NCBI RefSeq assembly: GCF_000017845.1
Contig: NC_010546.1
Coordinates: 360,001-392,000 of the forward strand
Direction: 5' to 3'
From: Crocosphaera subtropica ATCC 51142
GTDB taxonomy: Bacteria > Cyanobacteriota > Cyanobacteriia > Cyanobacteriales > Microcystaceae
DNA: 32,000 nt
A program made the translations under genes and the position numbers. Positions 9,600 through 17,558 of this stretch are shown one piece after another. The notes under the pieces were generated by a model that had not been told where the DNA came from, made no database searches, and worked only from the letters and a program-made list of their open reading frames with translations. How positions within the stretch are numbered: position 1 is the stretch's first letter; the number at the start of each line of letters is the position of its first letter.

Positions 9600-10145
9600 A
9601 TGGCTCAATTTTATTCTAGTTTAACGCCGGAACTGATCAAATTTATTAAAGAACAAAAAATCTTTTTTACGGCTACAGCCCCCATAGAAGGTAGGATTAA
9701 TTTATCCCCTAAAGGCATCGATACATTTCGCTGTTTAGATCAACAGACGGTAGGCTACTTAGACTTGACGGGGAGTGGTAATGAAACCTCCGCTCATTTA
9801 GAAGACAATGGACGAATGACCATCATGTTTTGCAGTTTTTCTGAGAAACCTTTAATTTTACGATTATATGGACAAGGAAAAGTTATTCATCCGAGAGACG
9901 AGGAATGGAGACAACTTTATCCTAATTTTCCGACTTATGAGGGAGAAAGACAAATGATTATTTTGACCTTAAGTTCTGCTCAAACCTCTTGTGGGTTTGG
10001 AGTGCCTATTTACGAATATCAAGAAACCAGAGACACCTTGATTGAATGGGCCAAGAAAAAAGGAAAAACCGGAATTTATGATTATTGGCAACAGAAAAAT
10101 CAAGTGAGTATTGATGGTTTGCCTACGAAACTCTTGGAGGAATAA
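9600..10145 (+). CDS. Pyridoxamine 5'-phosphate oxidase-like FMN-binding split-barrel protein
   Basis: 181 aa. The N-terminal pattern FFTATAPIEGRINLSPKG...LDLTGSGNET is typical of the PNPOx-related family. This is recognition by eye only. Confidence 0.65.
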   Translation: MAQFYSSLTPELIKFIKEQKIFFTATAPIEGRINLSPKGIDTFRCLDQQTVGYLDLTGSGNETSAHLEDNGRMTIMFCSFSEKPLILRLYGQGKVIHPRDEEWRQLYPNFPTYEGERQMIILTLSSAQTSCGFGVPIYEYQETRDTLIEWAKKKGKTGIYDYWQQKNQVSIDGLPTKLLEE

Positions 10146-10165
10146 AATATTATTATTCGTAAAAA

Positions 10166-10257
10166 ACAGAGTTTTTGAGTTTTGAGACTTAGGAGTTGGG
10201 ATTTTTGGGTTCAGGGGTAAAACAGGATCTTACCCTATGAGTCCCAGAAACGCTATA
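10166..10257. repeat. Copy A of a dispersed MITE-like repeat (copy B is at 29289..29422)
   Basis: It shares its 5' end ACAGAGTTT, an internal CAGGGGT, and a 27-nt 3' block (23/27 identical, no gaps) with copy B: TACCCTATGAGTCCCAGAAACGCTATA versus TACCTCATGACTCCGAGAAACGCTATA. Confidence 0.55.
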
Positions 10258-10327
10258 TTTAATTAATAGTCACCTCTTTTTTTCAAACTTTTAGCAGTAA
10301 CAATTCTCCGTGATTCCAGTTTTTTAA

Positions 10328-11509
10328 ATGTTAATGAAAACGATGAAGTTGACAAAATTTCTAGGTTCTCTGGTTCGTTACAGTATCCCAATGATTCTGA
10401 GTATAATTCTTAGTTTTGGGGGATTTCACGTTCTATCATCCCAAGCTGAGACTATCGGGGAACTAGCCCAAACCCCAATCAATATAACCCCCGATAGTTT
10501 TGTGGCTGAAGCCGTTGCCAAAACGGGTCCGGCGGTGGTTCGTATCGATACAGAAACGGTAGTCACCCGACAAATCGATCCCTTTTTTGATGATCCCTTC
10601 TTTCGAGACTTCTTCGGCCAACAGTTTCGCCCTCCCCAACAACAAAGAATCACTGGCCAGGGTTCTGGGTTTATTATTGATAGCACGGGTATTATTTTGA
10701 CCAATGCCCATGTGGTGAATAGTGCCGATAAAGTGACGGTTACCCTCAAAGATGGACGAACGTTTAACGGACAAGTGAAAGGAACCGACGAAATCACTGA
10801 TTTAGCAGTGGTGGCCATTAGTCCTCAAGGACAAACCTTACCGGTTGCACCCTTGGGAGACTCTGCCAATCTGAAAGTGGGAGATTGGGCGATCGCAGTG
10901 GGTAACCCTGTAGGCTTAGATAACACGGTAACCTTGGGTATTATTAGCACCATTGGTCGTTCAGCAGCGAAAGCCGGTATCCCTGATAAACGTCTCGACT
11001 TTATTCAAACCGATGCGGCCATTAACCCTGGTAACTCTGGGGGTCCATTATTAAATAGTAAAGGAGAGGTCATTGGGATTAATACAGCCATTCGGGCCGA
11101 TGCTATGGGGATTGGTTTTGCTATCCCTATCAATAAAGCCAAAACTCTAGAAAAAATCCTGGCCTCAGGGCAAAAGGTTCCTCATCCTTATATTGGGGTG
11201 CAAATGATTAATATTACCCCCGAAATTGCTAAGGAAAACAACCGTAACCCCAATTCTCCGATGATGGTTGCTGAGGTAGAGGGCATTTTAGTGGTGCAAG
11301 TGGTTCCCAATAGTCCAGCCGAAAGAGCAAGATTACGCCGTGGGGATGTGATTGTGGGGGTTAATGGACAACCGGTGAAGGATGGAACCGATTTACAAAA
11401 AATTGTCGAAAAAGCGGGCATCAACTCCAGTTTAAGATTGAAATTGTATCGAGGCGATCGCTTATTGGAGTTGACAGTGAAAACAGAACAAATGCAAGGA
11501 GTATCCTAG
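10328..11509 (+). CDS. Deg/HtrA-family periplasmic serine protease with a PDZ domain
   Basis: It has an N-terminal TM/signal segment, trypsin-fold motifs TNAHVV, DLAVV and GNSGGPL, and a C-terminal PDZ-like block (PNSPAERARLRRGDVIVGVNG). Confidence 0.9.
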   Translation: MLMKTMKLTKFLGSLVRYSIPMILSIILSFGGFHVLSSQAETIGELAQTPINITPDSFVAEAVAKTGPAVVRIDTETVVTRQIDPFFDDPFFRDFFGQQFRPPQQQRITGQGSGFIIDSTGIILTNAHVVNSADKVTVTLKDGRTFNGQVKGTDEITDLAVVAISPQGQTLPVAPLGDSANLKVGDWAIAVGNPVGLDNTVTLGIISTIGRSAAKAGIPDKRLDFIQTDAAINPGNSGGPLLNSKGEVIGINTAIRADAMGIGFAIPINKAKTLEKILASGQKVPHPYIGVQMINITPEIAKENNRNPNSPMMVAEVEGILVVQVVPNSPAERARLRRGDVIVGVNGQPVKDGTDLQKIVEKAGINSSLRLKLYRGDRLLELTVKTEQMQGVS

Positions 11510-11534
11510 TCATTTAATCTTTTTTAGTTTTAAG

Positions 11535-11565
11535 AATAGGGGGCAACCAACCGTTGACCCCTATT
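11535..11565 (+). terminator. Hairpin downstream of the protease gene
   Basis: AATAGGGG (11535-11542) pairs with CCCCTATT (11558-11565) around a 15-nt loop, followed by an AT-rich tail. Confidence 0.4.
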
Positions 11566-11644
11566 TAATGTTTAATAAGTATGTTAAGGTTAAAAGCATA
11601 ACAATAAAAAAATTATTAAATTAGTTTTTCTTAGAGAGAATATA

Positions 11645-13012
11645 ATGGAATCTTCTTTTAAGATAGTTCATCTTGAAACCTATAAGAATCGATGTCTAGA
11701 ATTTTTTAATTTCCCCTCCTTTTCCTGGCGTTTTTTACGGTTAGCATCCATCAATATTTTATCTAATTTAATGGTTCCCATTGCGGGTTTACTCAGTATT
11801 ACCTTTTTGGGACATTTACAGGATATTCATCATTTAGCAGGGGTAACATTAGCCACCATTATTTTTAACTATCTTTATCGTGCCTTAGGATTTTTACGCA
11901 CCAGCACAACAGGAATAACCGCCCAAGGAATGGGCAGAAAAGATTCTCAAGACGTTTTATTAGTGTTACTTAAAAATGGACTATTAGCCTTAAGTTTGGG
12001 ATTGATTATCTTATTATTACAGTATCCGTTAAGGTGGATCGGATTTAATTTAGTCAGTGCTGCTCCCTTAGTCAAAGCATCGGCTCAAGCTTATTATGAT
12101 ACTCGTATTCTCGGCGCACCGGCTGCTTTGCTCAATTTTGTGCTTATTGGTTGGTTTTTAGGAAAAGAACAAAGTAGTAAAGTATTGTGGCTGTCTATTA
12201 TTGGCAATGGAGCCAACGTTATTCTAGATTATTTATTAATTATTCGTTGGGGTTTAGACAGTAGTGGGGCTGGTTTAGCTACGTCTTTAAGTCAGATTAT
12301 CATGTGTTTAGTAGGGGTTCTTTTTGTTTCCCTAGACATTAATTGGAACGAAGTGAAGCAGATTGTTCAAAAAATTTCTTTTGAACAATGGAAAGGGAAT
12401 TTAATGTTAAATCGTGATTTATTTATTCGTACATTAATTTTATTATCTGCTTTCTCTTTATTTACTAATGTTAGTTCTGCTATGGGAACCTTAGTGTTAG
12501 CAGAAAATTCTGTTTTATTGCAAGTTTTTTCTTTAGTGGTATATTTTATCGATGGTTTAGCCTTTGCTACTGAATCTTTAGCCGGAAATTTTAAAGGACA
12601 AGGTATCAAAAAACAGTTAATTCCTTTACTCAAGTTTTCAGGAAGTCTTAGTTTTATATTAGCTTTAATTTCCGTTTCCGTTTTAATCTTATTTCCTAAA
12701 ACTTTATTTGGCTTATTAACCAATCATACAGAAATTTATCCTTATCTCATCTCCCATGTAATTTGGTTATTACCCGTACTGGGGTTTGGTTCGATTGCAT
12801 TTATTTTAGATGGTTACTTTATCGGTCTGGCAGAAGGGGTGATGTTAAGAAACACCGCTTTTGGATCAACATTTATCGGTTTTGTGCCTGTTGCAATTAT
12901 AGCCTGGCATTACAATAACAGTAATTTATTGTGGTTAGCTTTATCTTTATTTATGGCGACTAGGGTTTTATTATTAGGTTTAAAAGTGCCTAAAACATTA
13001 GACAACCTTTAA
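11645..13012 (+). CDS. MATE-family efflux transporter (DinF-like)
   Basis: 455 aa with about 12 hydrophobic segments. The MATE-like N-terminal pattern is LASINILSNLMVPIAGLLSITFLGHL...TGITAQ. Confidence 0.8.
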   Translation: MESSFKIVHLETYKNRCLEFFNFPSFSWRFLRLASINILSNLMVPIAGLLSITFLGHLQDIHHLAGVTLATIIFNYLYRALGFLRTSTTGITAQGMGRKDSQDVLLVLLKNGLLALSLGLIILLLQYPLRWIGFNLVSAAPLVKASAQAYYDTRILGAPAALLNFVLIGWFLGKEQSSKVLWLSIIGNGANVILDYLLIIRWGLDSSGAGLATSLSQIIMCLVGVLFVSLDINWNEVKQIVQKISFEQWKGNLMLNRDLFIRTLILLSAFSLFTNVSSAMGTLVLAENSVLLQVFSLVVYFIDGLAFATESLAGNFKGQGIKKQLIPLLKFSGSLSFILALISVSVLILFPKTLFGLLTNHTEIYPYLISHVIWLLPVLGFGSIAFILDGYFIGLAEGVMLRNTAFGSTFIGFVPVAIIAWHYNNSNLLWLALSLFMATRVLLLGLKVPKTLDNL

Positions 13013-13027
13013 GATATAGCTTGGCCA

Positions 13028-15637
13028 TTAGATGGGATTGTCTTCAGCTAACAAAGCTTCTGCGTTCTCACTCGAAAGGGGACGAGAAAATAAATAACCT
13101 TGGCCATATTTGCAACGGAGGGATTCTAATATATTCATTTGTCCTTCCGTTTCAATGCCTTCAGCAATTACATCTAAATCCAAATTATGACCTAGAGAAA
13201 TGATCGTCCGTACGATTTGAATGTATTTATGACTGTCTTTTCCGTCTTCCATCCGTCCCACAAAGGATTTATCCACTTTAAGCGTATCCACAGGAAAACG
13301 ATGTAAATAACTCAACGACGAGTAACCTGTCCCAAAATCATCAATGCTTAAGCGTAATCCTAAGCCTTTTAAACGATTGAGAAGAGAGATAGCCTCTTCT
13401 ACATTATTCATGATCATACTTTCGGTGATTTCTAATTTTAAGCGATCGCCTTCAATCCCTGCCACATCGAGAATGGTTTGAATTTGCTTGACTAGGTTCG
13501 GTTGAGAAAATTGACGGCCGGATAAATTGACACTCATAATTAAAGCAGGATTACGAGGAAACCGCTCATGCCAAGCTCGAATTTGACGACAAGCTTCGGT
13601 TAAAATCCACTCTCCTAAAGGAACAATTAACCCTGTTTCTTCGGCCACAGGAATAAAGTCCCCTGGGGAAACAAATCCTCGTGTTTTAGAATTCCAACGC
13701 ACTAACGCTTCAAAACCCGCAATGTTGCCCGTGGTTAAAGAAATAATCGGTTGATAATACAATTGAAATTCTTTTTGTTCTAACCCTAAACGTAAATCCG
13801 TTTCTAAATGCCAACGTTGTACCGCTTGGGTGTCCATTCCTGCTTCAAAGATTTGGGGACGACTGCAATTAAATTCCTTAGCTTTATGCATCGCAATATC
13901 AGCATAACGGAGTAATTCTGGTCCATGAAAGTTTCTGCCTGTTTCCTCGAAAGAAATACCCACTGTGACAGTGGGATAAATTTCTTGTCCTTGCCAAGAT
14001 AGGGGTTGACTCAACACCTGTTGTAATTTTTCAGCAAACGAGACTACATCTTGTTTGTCTTTAACTGGTTTTAACCAGATGGCAAATTCATCGCCCCCAA
14101 CCCGTCCCAAATGCTTCCGAGAATTAAGCTGTTGTTGGAGACGTTGGGACATGGCCGTTAATAAATAATCCCCTGCTTGATGGCCTAAGCCGTCATTAAT
14201 GCTTTTGAAACGATTGACATCAATGAATAAAACCGCCACTAATTCCGATTGTTGGCTAATATTTTGATGATTTAGTTGTTGTAATCTTTGTTCTAGGGAT
14301 CTTCGGTTGGCCAGTCCTGTGAGGGGGTCATGATAAGTTTGATAGACGGTTTTATAGGCTAAAACACAGGTTCCTGAGAGTAAAAAACCCAGTAGAGGCG
14401 GAACTAAAGGAATCCAACCGGATTGGGTAAATAGTAAAAAACAGAGTCCCCAGAGTCCTGCCACCACAAGGATAACATTGCCCCCTAAAATCCAGAGACG
14501 CTGCGATCGCCAAACTACCACTCCTCCCAACAAAGACCAAAACCCAATCCAGACCCACTCTACCCCTTCTGGCCAAAACCAAAACGTTTGTTCTTCTTGG
14601 AGGACAGTTCCCAGAAGTTGACTGACAATTTGCCCGTGAATTTCCACTCCGGCCATTTCAAAGTTTTCTGTGGCTGTGGCACTATAAGGGGTAGGAAAGG
14701 TATCTTTTTCATTGGGCGTTGTTACCCCAATTAAAACAATTTTATCTTTGATTAAATTCGGATCAAAATTACCCGTTAAAACATCAGTTAAAGAAATAAC
14801 TTGCCTAATTTGCTTTGAACGATATTTAACTAAAATTTGCCAGCCCATTGCTTCAGACGGAGGTAAAACATAGCCACCAGAAGTATTATTCAGGGCAATA
14901 ATTTTTGTAGAGTTAAGTTTTAAATAGTCAGGATTAACTTGAAAAGATGAATAATTATCACTTAAATAATTTAAAACAATTTGTAAAGCAAAAGAATACT
15001 CTTTTATTTTTCCCGAAGGAGACTCAACATATAAAAAAGTTCGGCGGACTACATTATCAGGATCGATCGGTAAATCACTAAATCCGACTCGATTTTTAGG
15101 AACTGTTTCAGGAGCAGTAACCCCAGGTTCGTCACCCATCGGTAGTTGTTTAACAACAACAATATTATCTTGTTCTAGAGCTTTTGTTAAAGTGTCAGTT
15201 CCTGGCGGATGAGGAATATCACGATAAATATCTAAGGCAATTAATCTAGGATTATGCTCTTGTAATTGATTCAAAACTTTGGCAATGACTTCATCAGTTA
15301 ACGGCCATTTTTTTTGTTGTTTAATATCCTCTTCGTTGACCTCAACAATTAATAAACGAGGATCAGAACCATTACTAGACACAACTCGTACCATTTGATC
15401 ATAAGCCACTAATTCTAAGAATTGTAAATGACCTGTTTGTCTTAAGGTGATGATTCCTCCAGTCACGAACAAAGTTGAGATGATAATAGAAGGTAGAGAA
15501 AATAGCCAAAGCTGTTGCGATTGTTTTTGATTATTTTTACCCGAATTAACAGGAATTCTTTTGATGTCTTCAGAAGATTTCTCGTTACTATTATCAACGA
15601 GAAAAGAACGAATTACTTGATGCAACTTAGTGATCAC
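13028..15637 (-). CDS. CHASE2 sensor domain / GGDEF / EAL c-di-GMP signalling protein
   Basis: 869 aa. After an N-terminal TM segment comes a periplasmic domain of about 300 aa with CHASE2-like blocks (LIVEVNEEDI..., IALDIYRD), then 3 TM segments. The GGDEF domain carries an intact RVGGDEFAIW. The EAL domain has EALVRW, EITES and DDFGTGYSSLSYL. Confidence 0.9.
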   Translation of the reverse strand: MITKLHQVIRSFLVDNSNEKSSEDIKRIPVNSGKNNQKQSQQLWLFSLPSIIISTLFVTGGIITLRQTGHLQFLELVAYDQMVRVVSSNGSDPRLLIVEVNEEDIKQQKKWPLTDEVIAKVLNQLQEHNPRLIALDIYRDIPHPPGTDTLTKALEQDNIVVVKQLPMGDEPGVTAPETVPKNRVGFSDLPIDPDNVVRRTFLYVESPSGKIKEYSFALQIVLNYLSDNYSSFQVNPDYLKLNSTKIIALNNTSGGYVLPPSEAMGWQILVKYRSKQIRQVISLTDVLTGNFDPNLIKDKIVLIGVTTPNEKDTFPTPYSATATENFEMAGVEIHGQIVSQLLGTVLQEEQTFWFWPEGVEWVWIGFWSLLGGVVVWRSQRLWILGGNVILVVAGLWGLCFLLFTQSGWIPLVPPLLGFLLSGTCVLAYKTVYQTYHDPLTGLANRRSLEQRLQQLNHQNISQQSELVAVLFIDVNRFKSINDGLGHQAGDYLLTAMSQRLQQQLNSRKHLGRVGGDEFAIWLKPVKDKQDVVSFAEKLQQVLSQPLSWQGQEIYPTVTVGISFEETGRNFHGPELLRYADIAMHKAKEFNCSRPQIFEAGMDTQAVQRWHLETDLRLGLEQKEFQLYYQPIISLTTGNIAGFEALVRWNSKTRGFVSPGDFIPVAEETGLIVPLGEWILTEACRQIRAWHERFPRNPALIMSVNLSGRQFSQPNLVKQIQTILDVAGIEGDRLKLEITESMIMNNVEEAISLLNRLKGLGLRLSIDDFGTGYSSLSYLHRFPVDTLKVDKSFVGRMEDGKDSHKYIQIVRTIISLGHNLDLDVIAEGIETEGQMNILESLRCKYGQGYLFSRPLSSENAEALLAEDNPI

Positions 15638-15735
15638 TACAGTTTTGATGAATGAGTAAACAAACAGATAAGATAGTTTAACTGAGAAGGACTTTCCTGT
15701 GCTGATGACATAATAGGGTTAATCTGAAAAGGTGG

Positions 15736-15751
15736 TGTGATCCTAATCACA
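15736..15751. promoter_or_regulatory. Perfect CRP-family consensus palindrome TGTGA-N6-TCACA
   Basis: The sequence is TGTGATCCTAATCACA. It lies in the 283-nt divergent intergenic region, 99 nt from the CHASE2 gene start and 170 nt from the DUF928 gene start. Confidence 0.4.
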
Positions 15752-15920
15752 ATGATGCTTAAAAAACTAGACAGCAAAGGAGAATGGAGAGTAAGATAGA
15801 AAGTAAGTTTATACAATTTATTATGTTAATTATTGTATCTAATCTTAGAGGATAAATCTTAAAACAAAATTAGTTAGGAAACTTTAAATAATTATAGAAA
15901 TTGACAAGGACATTGAAACC

Positions 15921-16769
15921 ATGTTTGACAACAAACCAATTAAAACAACAACAGGAGTGGTCACCGTGTCCGCCCTGATGCTACTCTCGTTTACCAGTAT
16001 AGGGGCTACCCAAACAGAAAGGGGTAGAAATAACGCCAATCAACCAGAAGAATCCATCGCTGACAGCATTCCCGATCGCCGTAAAGGTGGAGCCAGTCGT
16101 AGACCCCAAACCTCGCAAAATACAGAGGATGAGGAGGTAGTCCAAGCTCCCCAAAGACGTAAACCGGCAGCTAGTCGTAACGATAATAATCAATGTAACT
16201 TTAATCCTCAAGAACTGGTGGCTTTGATCCCAGAAAATCTTCACGGAAAAACCACAGAGCTTTCCCCTACATTATACTTTTCCGTTCCTGCTATTACAGC
16301 CAGCACAGAAATCGAATTTGTTCTACGAGGTCCTGAGGATGAATTAATAGAAAAACAAACTTTCTCAGGCAAAGGACAAGCAGGAATTATGAGCTTAAAA
16401 TTGCCCAAAGTTCCCCACCTTTCCTCGGCTAACTCCGAGAAAACTTACCATTGGTATTTATCAATTATTTGTAATCAAAGCGATCGGGCTGATGATGTAG
16501 TCGTCGAAGGATTACTACAACCCATTACCCTCCAATCGAACCTACTCCAACAGCTAGAAACGGCTACCCTGGAAGAACGGATCAAACTGTATCAATCCCA
16601 TGATCTTTGGCACGAAAGGTTACATACCTTAGCCAAAATGAGGCGATCACAACCCCAAAATACTCAACTCGCTCAAAAACTGGGAGAGTTACTTGAATCG
16701 GTTCAATTAGATCCCACCATCGGACAAAAACCCTTATTAGAGACTGAAATGCTCAGTTTAAGCCATTAA
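15921..16769 (+). CDS. DUF928-family secreted protein
   Basis: It has a signal peptide and basic GGASR/AASR motifs. It follows the family pattern as I recall it: C...LVALIPEN...TTELSPTLYFSVP...IEFVL...YHWYLSIIC...LYQSHDLWHERLHTLA...LLESVQL. Confidence 0.75.
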   Translation: MFDNKPIKTTTGVVTVSALMLLSFTSIGATQTERGRNNANQPEESIADSIPDRRKGGASRRPQTSQNTEDEEVVQAPQRRKPAASRNDNNQCNFNPQELVALIPENLHGKTTELSPTLYFSVPAITASTEIEFVLRGPEDELIEKQTFSGKGQAGIMSLKLPKVPHLSSANSEKTYHWYLSIICNQSDRADDVVVEGLLQPITLQSNLLQQLETATLEERIKLYQSHDLWHERLHTLAKMRRSQPQNTQLAQKLGELLESVQLDPTIGQKPLLETEMLSLSH

Positions 16770-17500
16770 TGACGGTAAAAAAGGGATTTGAGGAAAAATT
16801 GCGGTAGCACTAACATTCTTCGCCAACGCCAAGGTTCTTGATAGAGCCGATATAACCACTCTAAATTATTATTCCGTAACCACCCAGGGGCCCGACTCTT
16901 TGTTCCTGACCAAATATCAAAACTACCCCCAACCCCTACCCAAATAGCTTGGGGACACAACGCTCTATTTTCACGAATCCATACTTCTTGGCGAGGAACC
17001 CCCAACCCCACCAAAATTAAGCGAGGTTGTTGTATTTTTAGGGTATTTTTCCAGGTTTCCTGTTCTTCTGGAGAAAGATACCCATGAGCGGTAATAATAT
17101 TGGCTTCAGGCAATTTGCCACGCCAATAGTCTGCGGCCGCTGCTGTTACTCCTGGTTTACCCCCATAAAAAGCAATCACATTCCCTTGACCATTGCTTCC
17201 TAACCCTTCAATCAACGACTGGGCTAATTCAATCCCCGGACAGCGTTGCTGTTGTTGTCCTCTCATTTTTAAATAGATAACCACACCAGCCCCATCAGGA
17301 ATAACTAAATCCGCTTCTTTAATGATTTTAGCTACTAGTGGGTCTTTTTCGGCTAACATTGCCATTTCTGCGTTTAGGGTGACCACATGAACCCCTTGCT
17401 CTTTCTCAAGGCATTGCAGCAACCAACCAGTATAGTTATCCGATAAGTGAACCGGTAAACCGAGAACAGACGAAGTTTTAGGGGAAGTTCGCATGACCAT
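16766..17500 (-). CDS. WecB/TagA/CpsF-family (GT26) glycosyltransferase
   Basis: Typical GT26 features are present: VHVVTLNAEM, ADLVIPDGAGVV, LILVGLGVPRQEVW, GVGGSFD, LEWLYRL. I use the Met at 17500 (245 aa). The longer ORF to 17614 would overlap the upstream gene by 56 nt. Confidence 0.8.
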   Translation of the reverse strand: MVMRTSPKTSSVLGLPVHLSDNYTGWLLQCLEKEQGVHVVTLNAEMAMLAEKDPLVAKIIKEADLVIPDGAGVVIYLKMRGQQQQRCPGIELAQSLIEGLGSNGQGNVIAFYGGKPGVTAAAADYWRGKLPEANIITAHGYLSPEEQETWKNTLKIQQPRLILVGLGVPRQEVWIRENRALCPQAIWVGVGGSFDIWSGTKSRAPGWLRNNNLEWLYRLYQEPWRWRRMLVLPQFFLKSLFYRH

Positions 17501-17558
17501 AGACCATATCTCTACATAGGGAACAGGGAATAAGTTGCTTTTCAAAATCCACAGGCGA

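Noticed and set aside
10426-10818. Two overlapping minus-strand ORFs (130 aa and 103 aa) antisense to the Deg/HtrA protease gene
   Set aside because: They are embedded in a strongly supported gene. Their Ser/Thr/Arg-rich composition is typical of antisense frames. The same reasoning applies to 11188-11424.
12367-12723. 118-aa ORF antisense to the MATE transporter gene
   Set aside because: It is a Lys/Asn-rich antisense frame of an AT-rich membrane-protein gene, with no independent support.
13021-13203. 60-aa plus-strand ORF, and the 76-aa ORF at 14352-14582, overlapping the CHASE2-GGDEF-EAL gene
   Set aside because: The first is antisense to the CHASE2-GGDEF-EAL gene and the second is an alternative minus-strand frame within it. 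That long gene carries intact GGDEF and EAL motifs, and neither ORF has features of its own.
15981-16244. 87-aa ORF antisense to the DUF928 gene, and the 62-aa ORF at 24138-24326 antisense to the C-methyltransferase gene
   Set aside because: The opposite-strand genes match known family patterns along their full length. These ORFs have no signal of their own.
16766-16769. Overlapping convergent stop codons (TTAA) of the DUF928 and TagA-like genes
   Set aside because: The overlap is real but trivial. It leaves no room for a terminator, yet carries no further detectable signal.
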